This document shows, one piece after another, positions 50,479 through 60,771 of a stretch of 64,000 nt of DNA. Both the position numbers and the translations under genes were made by a program. Position 1 is the first letter of the stretch, and each line of letters starts with the position of its first letter. Under the pieces are notes generated by a model, which was given only the letters and a program-made list of their open reading frames with translations, had not been told where the DNA came from and did not search any database. This DNA is from Enterobacteria phage phiC600P9: the sequence record MZ681930.1. The stretch is one strand, 5' to 3'.

Positions 50479-52247
50479 AAAAGCCACAAGAAATGCAAAC
50501 GATGCGTAGAAAAGTTATTTCAGATAATAAACCAACACAGGAAGCGGCTAAATCCGCTTCTAATACTTTATCTGGACTTAATGATATATCTACGAAATTG
50601 GATGATGCTCAAGCTGCCTCTGAATTAATAGCTCAAACTGTCGAAGAAAAATCGAATGAAATAATTGGAGCAATTGATAACGTAGAAAGCGCAGTGAGTG
50701 ATACTACTGCCGGTTCTGAGTTAATTGCTGAAACTGTCGAAATTGGCAATAATATCAATAAAGAAATAGGCGAATCACTCGGAAGCAAATTAGATAAATT
50801 AACGAGTTTATTAGAACAAAAAATTCAGACAGCTGGAATTCAACAGACTGGGACTAGTTTAGCCACAGTTGAAAGCGCTATTCCTGTTAAAGTCGTTGAG
50901 GATGATACTGCTGAATCTGTGGGTCCTTTATTACCGGCTCCCGAAGCAGTTAATAATGATCCTGACGCTGATTTTTTCCCTACCCCTCAACCAGTTGAAC
51001 CCAAACAAGAATCGCCAGAAGAAAAACAGAAAAAAGAAGCATTTAACTTAAAATTATCTCAAGCTTTAGATAAATTAACAAAGACTGTTGATTTTGGATT
51101 TAAGAAATCCATTTCAATTACTGATAAAATATCAAGCATGTTATTTAAGTATACCGTCAGTGCTGCTATTGAAGCTGCTAAAATGACTGCAATGATATTG
51201 GCTGTTGTTGTTGGAATAGACCTGTTGATGGTTCACTTTAAATATTGGTCAGATAAATTTTCAAAAGCCTGGGATTTATATGATACTAACTTTAATAAAT
51301 TCTCTACCGAAACCGGAACATGGGGTCCTTTATTACAGAGCATCTTTAGTTCTATTGATAAAATTAGACAACTTTGGGAAGAGGGAGATTGGGGTGGATT
51401 GACAACAGCTATCATAGAAGGACTCGGAAGTGTTCTTTTTAATTTAGGTGAACTTATTCAATTAGGTATGGCTAAATTATCTGCTGCAATTCTTCGAGTC
51501 ATTCCTGGCATGAAGGATACTGCTGATGAAGTAGAAGGAAGAGCACTAGAAAATTTCCAAAATTCTACTGGAGCATCTCTCAATAAAGAAGACCAGGAAA
51601 AAGTTGCAAATTATCAAGATAAACGAATGAACGGAGACCTTGGTCCGATAGCAAAAGGATTAGATAAAATTGCTAATTGGAAAACTCGTGCATCTAATTG
51701 GATTCGCGGTGTTGATAATAAAGAAGCACTAACTACCGACGAAGAACGTGCAGCAGAAGAAGAAAAATTAAAGCAGCTTTCACCTGAAGAAAGAAAAAAT
51801 GCTTTAATGAAGGCTAATGAAGCACGTGCCGCGATGATTCGTTTTGAAAAATATGCTGATTCAGCTGATATGAGTAAAGACTCAACGGTTAAATCTGTTG
51901 AATCTGCCTATGAAGACCTTAAAAAACGGATGGATGACCCGGATTTAAACAATTCACCGGCAGTTAAAAAGGAACTTGCTGCTAGATTTTCTAAAATTGA
52001 TGCTACTTATCAAGAGCTCAAGAAAAATCAGCCTAATGCCAAACCTGAAACTTCTGCTAAATCGCCAGAAGCGAAACAGGTCCAGGTTATTGAAAAGAAC
52101 AAAGCACAGCAAGCTCCTGTTCAGCAAGCATCTCCTTCAATCAATAATACTAATAATGTTATTAAGAAAAATACTGTCGTTCATAATATGACACCTGTCA
52201 CAAGCACAACTGCTCCTGGTGTATTTGATGCGACTGGAGTTAATTAA
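50475..52247 (+). CDS. 29: tail length tape-measure / baseplate hub protein gp29
   Basis: 590 aa as T4 gp29; helical Ala/Glu/Lys-rich middle. Confidence 0.9.
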   Translation: MKKPQEMQTMRRKVISDNKPTQEAAKSASNTLSGLNDISTKLDDAQAASELIAQTVEEKSNEIIGAIDNVESAVSDTTAGSELIAETVEIGNNINKEIGESLGSKLDKLTSLLEQKIQTAGIQQTGTSLATVESAIPVKVVEDDTAESVGPLLPAPEAVNNDPDADFFPTPQPVEPKQESPEEKQKKEAFNLKLSQALDKLTKTVDFGFKKSISITDKISSMLFKYTVSAAIEAAKMTAMILAVVVGIDLLMVHFKYWSDKFSKAWDLYDTNFNKFSTETGTWGPLLQSIFSSIDKIRQLWEEGDWGGLTTAIIEGLGSVLFNLGELIQLGMAKLSAAILRVIPGMKDTADEVEGRALENFQNSTGASLNKEDQEKVANYQDKRMNGDLGPIAKGLDKIANWKTRASNWIRGVDNKEALTTDEERAAEEEKLKQLSPEERKNALMKANEARAAMIRFEKYADSADMSKDSTVKSVESAYEDLKKRMDDPDLNNSPAVKKELAARFSKIDATYQELKKNQPNAKPETSAKSPEAKQVQVIEKNKAQQAPVQQASPSINNTNNVIKKNTVVHNMTPVTSTTAPGVFDATGVN

Positions 52248-52255
52248 GGAATAAT

Positions 52256-53350
52256 ATGGCAATTGTTAAAGAAATAACTACTGATTTAATTAAAAAGTCC
52301 GGTGAGAAAATTTCAGCCGGACAGAGCACTAAATCAGAAGTAGTAACTAAAACATACACTGCCCAGTTTCCAACTGGGCGTGCTAGTGGTAATGACACTA
52401 CAGGGGACTTCCAGGTAACAGATCTATATAAGAATGGATTATTATTTACTGCATACAATATGTCATCTAGGGATTCTGGAAGTCTTAGATCGATGAGATC
52501 TAACTACTCTTCTTCATCTTCGAGTATTTTAAGTACAGCTAGAAACACTATTAGTAGTACAGTATCAAAACTATCAAATGGATTAATATCAAATAATAAT
52601 TCAGGAACAATAAGTAAAGCTCCTGTCGCAAACATTCTTTTACCGAGATCTAAATCTGATGTTGATACATCAACACATAGATTTAATGATGTTCAAGAAA
52701 GCCTTATCAGTAGAGGCGGAGGTACTGCTACTGGTGTGCTAAGTAATATTGCTTCAACCGCAGTATTTGGGGCACTGGAAAGTATAACACAAGGTATAAT
52801 GGCTGATAATAATGAACAGATTTATACGACAGCCAGAAGTATGTATGGTGGTGCTGAAAATAGAACTAAAGTGTTTACATGGGATTTGACTCCACGTTCA
52901 ACAGAAGATTTAATGGCTATTATTAATATCTATCAATATTTTAACTATCTTTCTTATGGTGAAACAGGTAAATCTCAATACGCTGCTGAAATAAAGGGGT
53001 ATTTAGATGATTGGTATCGTTCTACGTTAATTGAACCTTTATCTCCGGAAGACGCAGCTAAAAATAAAACACTATTTGAGAAAATGACAGCAAGTTTAAC
53101 GAACGTTCTTGTAGTTTCAAACCCGACAGTTTGGATGGTGAAAAACTTTGGTGCAACATCTAAGTTTGATGGAAAAACGGAAATATTTGGTCCATGCCAA
53201 ATACAGAGCATTAGATTTGATAAAACACCTAATGGTAACTTTAACGGATTAGCTATTGCTCCAAACCTCCCTAGTACATTTACTCTCGAGATTACTATGA
53301 GAGAAATTATCACGTTAAACCGTGCTTCTTTATATGCGGGGACTTTTTAA
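52256..53350 (+). CDS. 48: baseplate tail tube cap gp48
   Basis: 364 aa as T4 gp48. Confidence 0.9.
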   Translation: MAIVKEITTDLIKKSGEKISAGQSTKSEVVTKTYTAQFPTGRASGNDTTGDFQVTDLYKNGLLFTAYNMSSRDSGSLRSMRSNYSSSSSSILSTARNTISSTVSKLSNGLISNNNSGTISKAPVANILLPRSKSDVDTSTHRFNDVQESLISRGGGTATGVLSNIASTAVFGALESITQGIMADNNEQIYTTARSMYGGAENRTKVFTWDLTPRSTEDLMAIINIYQYFNYLSYGETGKSQYAAEIKGYLDDWYRSTLIEPLSPEDAAKNKTLFEKMTASLTNVLVVSNPTVWMVKNFGATSKFDGKTEIFGPCQIQSIRFDKTPNGNFNGLAIAPNLPSTFTLEITMREIITLNRASLYAGTF

Positions 53351-54315
53351 TGTATTCTTTAGAGGAATTTAATAATCAAGCAATAAACGCAGATTTCCAA
53401 CGTAATAATATGTTTAGCTGCGTTTTTGCAACAACTCCATCAACTAAAAGCTCTTCGTTGATAAGTTCAATTAGCAACTTTTCTTATAATAACTTGGGCC
53501 TAAATTCAAATTGGTTAGGATTAACTCAAGGTGATATTAATCAGGGAATTACCACGCTAATTACAGCTGGCACACAAAAACTGATAAGAAAATCAGGGGT
53601 TAGTAAATATCTTATTGGTGCCATGAGTCAACGTACAGTTCAAAGTTTATTAGGCTCATTTACAGTTGGTACATATTTAATTGACTTCTTTAACATGGCA
53701 TATAACTCATCTGGATTGATGATATATTCTGTAAAAATGCCAGAGAATAGATTATCCTATGAAACTGACTGGAACTATAATTCTCCTAATATTCGTATAA
53801 CTGGAAGAGAATTAGACCCTTTGGTTATTTCATTTAGAATGGATTCAGAAGCTTGTAACTATCGTGCAATGCAAGACTGGGTTAACTCTGTTCAAGACCC
53901 AGTAACTGGACTGCGTGCTTTGCCGCAAGATGTCGAGGCAGATATTCAGGTTAATCTTCATTCTCGCAATGGATTGCCTCATACTGCGGTGATGTTCACC
54001 GGATGCATTCCAATATCAGTGAGCGCTCCTGAGCTATCATATGATGGAGATAACCAAATAACTACATTTGATGTTACTTTTGCGTATAGAGTCATGCAGG
54101 CTGGAGCAGTTGATAGACAAGCTGCGCTTGAGTGGCTTGAATCTGCTGCTATAAATGGCATTCAAAGCGTTCTCGGAAATAGTGGAGGTGTTACTGGACT
54201 ATCTAATTCGCTTTCACGACTTAGTAGATTAGGAGGAACTGCTGGAAGCATTTCAAACATTAATACTATGACAGGAATTGTCAATTCGCAAAGTAAAATA
54301 TTAGGAGCAATATAA
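53350..54315 (+). CDS. 54: baseplate tail tube initiator gp54
   Basis: 321 aa (T4 gp54 about 320); gp19-like fold region. Confidence 0.9.
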   Translation: MYSLEEFNNQAINADFQRNNMFSCVFATTPSTKSSSLISSISNFSYNNLGLNSNWLGLTQGDINQGITTLITAGTQKLIRKSGVSKYLIGAMSQRTVQSLLGSFTVGTYLIDFFNMAYNSSGLMIYSVKMPENRLSYETDWNYNSPNIRITGRELDPLVISFRMDSEACNYRAMQDWVNSVQDPVTGLRALPQDVEADIQVNLHSRNGLPHTAVMFTGCIPISVSAPELSYDGDNQITTFDVTFAYRVMQAGAVDRQAALEWLESAAINGIQSVLGNSGGVTGLSNSLSRLSRLGGTAGSISNINTMTGIVNSQSKILGAI

Positions 54316-54318
54316 CAA

Positions 54319-54345
54319 TGGGGACCTTTCGGTCCCCATATTTTT
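54319..54345 (+). terminator. intrinsic terminator after gene 54
   Basis: Hairpin GGGGACCTTTCGGTCCCC followed by ATATTTTTATTT. Confidence 0.65.
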
Positions 54346-54634
54346 ATTTGCGGAATGAAATGAAAGCAGAAACTGAAGCAACTAAACTGTCTTCAATATA
54401 AACTTCAATTTTTACCGGAGCTTCTGACTCAAATTTACCTGTTACTACACCCTGAAAAATACTTTCAGTCTGTTCTGGCTTTGAAAAATTTTCAGAAGGA
54501 AAAATTCCGAACTTTTTATCTGTTCCAAAAATTTTAATAAATTCATCGTAAACCGCTTCGTTAAAAGCATTATCAGCAGGAATAACGCCTTCAACTACAA
54601 GTTCTTGACCTAAAAAGCGTAAAGAAGATTTCAT
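54344..54634 (-). CDS. hypothetical protein, 96 aa, downstream of the Alt paralogue
   Basis: ATG with SD GAGGAA; no motif recognised; last gene of the alt late transcription unit. Confidence 0.5.
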   Translation of the reverse strand: MKSSLRFLGQELVVEGVIPADNAFNEAVYDEFIKIFGTDKKFGIFPSENFSKPEQTESIFQGVVTGKFESEAPVKIEVYIEDSLVASVSAFISFRK

Positions 54635-54694
54635 TTTGTGTTCCTCATGTTATGTCAGTAAGACTATTATAACACAACATAAGGAACTTGTAAA

Positions 54695-56752
54695 CTACAT
54701 TTTGAACTTTTTAGACATTCCGTTAATGTTAACCAAAGAAGCTAAGATTTGAGAAACTTCGTTTTCCTCTTCTTTTGATTCTTCTACAAGGAATTGATTA
54801 AATCCAGCCATTGGACGAACTTCACCAGTTTCCATTAAATGGTCTCCATCATATACTGATTCTTCTAATTGTTCAGAAGGAGGAACGATTGCACCTTCGA
54901 TTAGATACTTGTTATAAGCAGTTTCTTTCATAAAGTACGTACTTACTTTATTAATCTTCAGTAAAATTCCACGCGGTAGAATAACTTCAGCTTCTGATGG
55001 AAATCCTGTTAAATGACCTGGAACGATAACTTTGATTCGCTCAGCTCCTTTAATTACCATACCCACTCTAGTTTCAGCATTTTCATTAGCGTATGTAGAA
55101 TGACTACCCATATGCATCAAATCTTCTGCATCAACGGAACCTTCTCCTTCACCAGAAAATACTGCGCCGGAATCATCTAAAGCCATATAGTTTTTACCAT
55201 GCTCGCCGAAGATATTTGGTTTAAGCGATGTAGATACGAAGTTCTTGAAATAGAACATTTTGTTTTCAATGTTATGACGCAAAGTTTTAAAGGTAACTTC
55301 TTGTCCACGGTAAAGTGTAGTTCCTGGAGGAAGAACTGAACCTTTAGCAAATGCAGAATCCAACGTCTCGATGTGTTTAATAGCTCGTTCCATATATTCT
55401 TCGCGGGTAGAATCAGGTTTACCCAAAAGGAACGAGTTCATTTCAACATATGAATCTGCACAATAATCTTCAATTACATCAGATTCAGCTTGAGTTAATC
55501 CTTTTGGAGTTACTTCGGTGCTTGCGTATTCATATGCCTGGGCAGCAGATTCATTAATCAATTTATAAATGCCATTCATTACAAATTGAATAATAGCTGT
55601 CTTTTCATCTGGCGTAGCTTTAGAACCTTTAACCAAATCATTGATAATTTTCTTAATAACATCAAAGCTATTAGAAATATTAATATCAGCAAGATCGCTT
55701 AAAATTTTATCAGTTTTATAATCAAAGAATTCTTTATTCTTTAAATATTCTTGAGAACCTTGATATGTTATATCGCTCTGCAACTTGATGGATGGATCAC
55801 GTAAACGTGCATGGGCTAATGCAATATGATTTCGGAAGTTTTCTAGTTCATAATCGCTAGATTTAAAACGAGAAGCACTTCTCATACCACCGATAGCTCC
55901 TTTGCTGAAGTTTGAACCAATCTGAATAACGCCAGAGTTCATTGGTCCTTCTGCTTTATATACCGGAACTTTAGATTCAAACTCTTGATATTTCTTGGCA
56001 GCGAAGCTATCACCCTGAAGTGAAGCATCAACAGTAGAATATTGAGCTTGTGCTGCTAATCGACGACTAATTTTAGTTTTCTGAATAACAGCTTGGTCCG
56101 TGCGCTTATCATTTTCTAAAGCAATAGAAGCAGCAACAGCGACAGCTTTAGGAACAGCATTACCTGTTTTAACGTCTACATAAACATCACCAACCTTTGA
56201 TTCAACTTTTGTGAATAACTCAGTTGAAATAGGAGGTACACCTGGAATGTCTTCTAAATTGGCATTTTTACGGTAAACCATAATATATGCATACTTTTTA
56301 TCATAGTCCCAGATTTCCTTTAAAAGAACATATCGACCTGCTCCTTTAGTACGTACTAAACGGTCAGCAATAACTTGCATTTGACGAGCAGCGCCATTTG
56401 TTTTACTCTTTAGTACACGGAATAAGCACGCGTCAATTTTATACTGTTTCATTGTTTGAAGAGCAGTATCAAAAACAGCATTAATGACGCCAATTGGATT
56501 TCCACCCAAGTTTCTAAGCTTAACCAGTGATAATTTCTCATTAACACCTATCATTACGATATGCATCATTTTATCGCCCGGCTTAACGTTTTTATTCGTA
56601 TCACCGCCAGAGGTGTATGTACAAAATCTAAATCCAGGAAGCACGCTTTCTTCGCCGGCTTGAATAGCAAAAATTTGTGGTATTTTATGCTTAGGATTTA
56701 AGTTAACAACCGGCGCCGAAGCGCCGTCAAATAATTCTGTAATAAGTTCCAT
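54695..56752 (-). CDS. Alt-like ADP-ribosyltransferase paralogue, 685 aa
   Basis: Starts MELITELFD like Alt; conserved N-terminal region of about 210 aa; C-terminal R (TTLYRGQ), S-T-S (NFVSTSL) and E-x-E (SEAEVILPRG) motifs; starts 3 nt after the alt stop. Confidence 0.8.
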   Translation of the reverse strand: MELITELFDGASAPVVNLNPKHKIPQIFAIQAGEESVLPGFRFCTYTSGGDTNKNVKPGDKMMHIVMIGVNEKLSLVKLRNLGGNPIGVINAVFDTALQTMKQYKIDACLFRVLKSKTNGAARQMQVIADRLVRTKGAGRYVLLKEIWDYDKKYAYIMVYRKNANLEDIPGVPPISTELFTKVESKVGDVYVDVKTGNAVPKAVAVAASIALENDKRTDQAVIQKTKISRRLAAQAQYSTVDASLQGDSFAAKKYQEFESKVPVYKAEGPMNSGVIQIGSNFSKGAIGGMRSASRFKSSDYELENFRNHIALAHARLRDPSIKLQSDITYQGSQEYLKNKEFFDYKTDKILSDLADINISNSFDVIKKIINDLVKGSKATPDEKTAIIQFVMNGIYKLINESAAQAYEYASTEVTPKGLTQAESDVIEDYCADSYVEMNSFLLGKPDSTREEYMERAIKHIETLDSAFAKGSVLPPGTTLYRGQEVTFKTLRHNIENKMFYFKNFVSTSLKPNIFGEHGKNYMALDDSGAVFSGEGEGSVDAEDLMHMGSHSTYANENAETRVGMVIKGAERIKVIVPGHLTGFPSEAEVILPRGILLKINKVSTYFMKETAYNKYLIEGAIVPPSEQLEESVYDGDHLMETGEVRPMAGFNQFLVEESKEEENEVSQILASLVNINGMSKKFKM

Positions 56753-56755
56753 GAT

Positions 56756-58804
56756 TTATCCTTGAACGAACTTGTAAGGCATGTTTGCAATATCTATGCA
56801 AGACGCAATAATTCCAAGAGATGATTCTACTTTCTGTTTAACATTTGATGAAACAAATGATGCAAAGTCAACTCTATCTTCTATATCACCTGTCATTGTA
56901 ACCAATTCACCAGTTTCCATTAAATGGTCTCCGTCATAGATTACCGATTCGGTGAGCTCTTCCGTGGTCATAACTTCAGCTTGAATAAGCTTGTTGTTAG
57001 TTTTAACTGTTCCATCATTGTAAGATGCATCGGTTATTTTATTAACTTTGACCATTAATCCACGTGGCAAAATGACTTCCATTTCATTTGAAGGCGCTAA
57101 ACTTCCACCGGGTAAAACAACATTGACCTTATCAGCCCCAGTAATAACCCATCCAATTCCAACTAAATTATCGCTAGAATTTACTAGTCCTTCATCAGTT
57201 TTATCAATAGAAACACTTAGACGCTTTTCGTCTGGTAAAACACCTATAGATGAATCAGTCATCCAAGTACCAAAAATATTTGGATATAATGATGTTGACA
57301 CAAAGTTTCTAAAATAAAAAACTCGATTTTTTACCAATGCTTCATATATTGAAGGTAACATTCGCTGTGAACGATATAAAGTAATACCTTTTGGCAATCG
57401 ATCGCCATTTTTAAAGGCTGAATCTAAATTATCGATGGCTTGTTCTATTTCGGGTGCTGTCAAAATACTTGTACGCTCATCTGGATTATATAATCCCAAA
57501 AGAGCATTATTCATGTCTACATATCCTGAACCCACATATTCACGAATTCCGCGTTTTTGAGCCGGTGTGTATTTAGATGAATCTTTATTTTCGACTATAG
57601 AATGCAATGACCATCCAACGGTAAGAGCATATCCACGTAATTCTCTTCGAATAATCTTTGTTTTTATTGCATTCCAAGAATTTTGCACTAACTCATTTGC
57701 AGCATCTTGATTTAAATGCGAATGCTTGTTAATATTTCTTTCTAACCAAGCACTTTTATATTTTTCTAAAGTATCATCGACTATAGAAGCAATAGTTTCT
57801 AAAGTTTTTATTGAAGTAATAGATTCTTTTCGTAATCTTTCTAAAGCTTTATTTTTTATTTCTGCATTAACATCAGATTCTTTATCTTCAGGAATTATAG
57901 AAGCTTCTCTGAATGCCATCCCAGCTGTAACACTATTAAGAGCATTCTCTAGTGCAAATCCTGAAGTAGAAATTACCGTTAATTCATTAGAATCAGAAAT
58001 TAAAGGCGCGTCCGCTGGTTTATTTAATTCTGCCGCTGAAGCCTCAAATTTTTGAAACATCGGTGTTTCAAATCTAGAAGATTCCAATGACTGACTTTGT
58101 GCAATTGCTCTACGGGAAATTTTAACTTTAACGATTACAGCTTGGTCAGAACGTTTATCGTTTTCTTGCGCAATAGATGCTGCAATTGCCTCATTTTTAG
58201 TTACTTGAGCTCCAGTATCTTTATTGATATAAACATCACCGACCTTCGATTCAACTTTAGTAAAGAGCTCGGTACTAATTTCCGGAACTCCTGGAATGTC
58301 TTCTAGTGATACATTTTTGCGATGTATAAGAATATATGCATACTTTTTATCATAATCCCAGAGTTCCTTAAGAAGGACGTATCTGCCACCTGAACGACTA
58401 CGGATAAGTCTATCAGCAATAACTTGAATTTGTCGAGCTTGACCAGCGGTTTTAGACTTAAGAATACGAAGCATGCAGGCATCAATTTTATACTGGCGCA
58501 TTGTTTGCATTGCAACAGTAAAAACTGAATTGATATAATTAATTGGGCTTGGACCAAGACCTTTCAATTTAGCAATTGAACCTTTAGCAGTTAATGTAAA
58601 AGGAACAATGTGCATCATTTTATCGCCCATCTTTAAATCACGATTAGTATCACCTCCAGATGTATAGGTACATAAACGAAAGCCTGGTTGTTCAATTGCG
58701 TCATCAACATGAACTGAAAAAATTTGTGGTATTTTCTTCTTTGGATTTAAGTTTGTAATCGGAAGAGTAGTATCTTCGTCAAATAATTCTGTAATTAGTT
58801 CCAT
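56756..58804 (-). CDS. alt: Alt, head-packaged ADP-ribosyltransferase
   Basis: From the second Met, 682 aa as T4 Alt (MELITELFDEDTTLPITNL...); R (ITLYRSQ), S-T-S (NFVSTSL) and E-x-E (SNEMEVILPRG) motifs; SD GAGAGG positioned for the second ATG. Confidence 0.85.
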   Translation of the reverse strand: MELITELFDEDTTLPITNLNPKKKIPQIFSVHVDDAIEQPGFRLCTYTSGGDTNRDLKMGDKMMHIVPFTLTAKGSIAKLKGLGPSPINYINSVFTVAMQTMRQYKIDACMLRILKSKTAGQARQIQVIADRLIRSRSGGRYVLLKELWDYDKKYAYILIHRKNVSLEDIPGVPEISTELFTKVESKVGDVYINKDTGAQVTKNEAIAASIAQENDKRSDQAVIVKVKISRRAIAQSQSLESSRFETPMFQKFEASAAELNKPADAPLISDSNELTVISTSGFALENALNSVTAGMAFREASIIPEDKESDVNAEIKNKALERLRKESITSIKTLETIASIVDDTLEKYKSAWLERNINKHSHLNQDAANELVQNSWNAIKTKIIRRELRGYALTVGWSLHSIVENKDSSKYTPAQKRGIREYVGSGYVDMNNALLGLYNPDERTSILTAPEIEQAIDNLDSAFKNGDRLPKGITLYRSQRMLPSIYEALVKNRVFYFRNFVSTSLYPNIFGTWMTDSSIGVLPDEKRLSVSIDKTDEGLVNSSDNLVGIGWVITGADKVNVVLPGGSLAPSNEMEVILPRGLMVKVNKITDASYNDGTVKTNNKLIQAEVMTTEELTESVIYDGDHLMETGELVTMTGDIEDRVDFASFVSSNVKQKVESSLGIIASCIDIANMPYKFVQG

Positions 58805-58827
58805 CATATCCTCTCTAGTGTTTATTC

Positions 58828-58835
58828 TATTTATA
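58828..58835 (-). promoter_or_regulatory. T4 late promoter TATAAATA (minus strand) for alt
   Basis: + strand TATTTATA is TATAAATA on the minus strand, about 24 nt upstream of the alt ATG; preceded by hairpin AAAGGCCCGAAGGCCTTT (58842-58859). Confidence 0.65.
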
Positions 58836-58856
58836 AAATTAAAGGCCCGAAGGCCT

Positions 58857-59045
58857 TTAATAATCTATAGGTAAGAGAGTACGATATATTTCAAACTTTG
58901 GACCTTTTTCATAAGCATCAAATGTTTCTGTAAATTTATTATAAGCGTATGCATCTACAAATTCGAGAATGACTTGTGATACAGAAGTAGAAACATCTCC
59001 ACCTTCTTTTTGAGCCACGACAATTGTTTCTAAGTAAGCTTTCAT
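58857..59045 (-). CDS. hypothetical protein, 62 aa
   Basis: ATG overlapping the DNA ligase stop; no motif recognised. Confidence 0.45.
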   Translation of the reverse strand: MKAYLETIVVAQKEGGDVSTSVSQVILEFVDAYAYNKFTETFDAYEKGPKFEIYRTLLPIDY

Positions 59046-60505
59046 AGACCAGTTACCTCATGAAAATCGCCAAATACATCTTCGAACGTATTAGCTTTAG
59101 TTTTATCTTCACGTAAACGAATCGCAATCGGAAGAAATAATTTAACGTAATCAGTGCGGCCATCAGATTTTAACCAACCATTGCATTCGCACTCTAGAAT
59201 TTTTCCAATATAATAATTTTGGTTTTCCATAATGCGAGTACGGTCAAGTTCATGCGATTTTACACCGGCTTTATCTTTTAAGCCTGAACCAGCATTTACC
59301 TTAATTTTTCCACACTCTGACTCAAGAATAAATCCACCTGCTTTAGTAGGGTCTTTACGGTGAGGATAAATTCCTACAATTTTTAAATCAACATCAATTA
59401 CTTCTTTAAATTTATAGAGATTTTTTGAACGAGCATTTTCCCATAATCCATCGATATTTTTGAGAATAATACCTTCAAGACCTTGGTCAATATACTTTTT
59501 ATAAATTACCTTAGCTTCATCTAGGTTATTTACTACCTGGTTTTCAATTAAAATTACTTTATCATATCCTGATGTCATTTGTTCTAGTTTAGAAAAACGT
59601 ACATCATATTTTAAACGAAACGCCGGAAGACCGTATATTTCTACCAACGGGACATAATCCCAGACCTGAAACTTCATACATTGAGCTTCTTTTTCAGAAA
59701 TGGTTCCTTTTAAGGATTTATTGGCGATTCCATTAGAAGTAGTACGAGATTCCGCTACTTCGGCGAATTCTTTAGCTTTACTAATTTCAGGATAAGCATC
59801 AAAAAGAAAATCTAGTCCTTCTGGTTCCTTTTTAACTTGCTCATGGTATACCAATTCGCCATCAATTAACACACCTTCTGGATGAATCTGGCGGGCTTCA
59901 GCAGTCATTTTGATTAATTCTTCCTTAAGAAGATCTAATCCTAGATATTCATTACCAGCTCGTGATAAAAGACGAACATCATCTAATTCATCACCTCGGA
60001 CTTCAGCAAAACACCGAGCTCCATCTGCTTTTAACTGTGCAAAAGCTGGAAACTTGATATTCTTACTAATGCCTTTTTCATCATAAGAACTTGCCAGCAT
60101 TTGAGGTTGTTCAGGAATTAAACCTGGCCAAACTTTGTTTGCAATAGATACTGAAGCACCGCATTCAAGGTCTCGCATCATAACTCGACGCAAAACTTCA
60201 ACATCATCCTTTTTACCATCGGTGATATATCCAGTCAATTCCTCAATTGCAGCATTTCCAGTCAATTTCCGAGTAGCTAACGTGAATTCAATGAAGTCAA
60301 GCATATCGGTAATGGTCAGCATTCCAAAACTCTGGGTAGCAATACCAGGTTTAGGCCATTTCTTGATATAATACTGCAACCCACGAGAATAAGTCAGACG
60401 ATATACTCGTTTAAGCAATTCATTATCTTTATTCTTTTCAAGAATTGCTTGCTTCTGCTTAGTTGAACCAATAGATGCTATTTCATTCAGAATTTTAAGA
60501 ATCAT
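59042..60505 (-). CDS. 30: ATP-dependent DNA ligase (gp30)
   Basis: 487 aa as T4 DNA ligase; adenylation motif KADGAR. Confidence 0.95.
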   Translation of the reverse strand: MILKILNEIASIGSTKQKQAILEKNKDNELLKRVYRLTYSRGLQYYIKKWPKPGIATQSFGMLTITDMLDFIEFTLATRKLTGNAAIEELTGYITDGKKDDVEVLRRVMMRDLECGASVSIANKVWPGLIPEQPQMLASSYDEKGISKNIKFPAFAQLKADGARCFAEVRGDELDDVRLLSRAGNEYLGLDLLKEELIKMTAEARQIHPEGVLIDGELVYHEQVKKEPEGLDFLFDAYPEISKAKEFAEVAESRTTSNGIANKSLKGTISEKEAQCMKFQVWDYVPLVEIYGLPAFRLKYDVRFSKLEQMTSGYDKVILIENQVVNNLDEAKVIYKKYIDQGLEGIILKNIDGLWENARSKNLYKFKEVIDVDLKIVGIYPHRKDPTKAGGFILESECGKIKVNAGSGLKDKAGVKSHELDRTRIMENQNYYIGKILECECNGWLKSDGRTDYVKLFLPIAIRLREDKTKANTFEDVFGDFHEVTGL

Positions 60506-60771
60506 TATTCATCCTTCAGAGTTTGGTTTACAGCTCTATTATAAATCAATTCATCATTAAGCTCAGGCAAAGACTTATGATATGTAGTTCTAACTTTATT
60601 TCCTTGCATCCAGTGCTTGACGTAAATGAAACCTTGCTCTACACATTTTTTAAAAATTCGTTCGTCTTTTTGAGCTCGGAATTCTGGATTGCATCTAAAA
60701 AATTGATTTACGTGACCGTAATCACGTGTAGTATTACCTTCATTTTCATAAATAGTGTGAACGACAAACAT
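60505..60771 (-). CDS. hypothetical protein (30.1 position)
   Basis: 88 aa ORF immediately upstream of DNA ligase. Confidence 0.5.
   Translation of the reverse strand: MFVVHTIYENEGNTTRDYGHVNQFFRCNPEFRAQKDERIFKKCVEQGFIYVKHWMQGNKVRTTYHKSLPELNDELIYNRAVNQTLKDE

Noticed and set aside
54695-58807. Possibility that the two Alt-like genes are an assembly duplication
   Set aside because: The copies are strongly diverged at the protein level across their middle regions and differ in length, so they are true paralogues rather than a collapsed or duplicated repeat.
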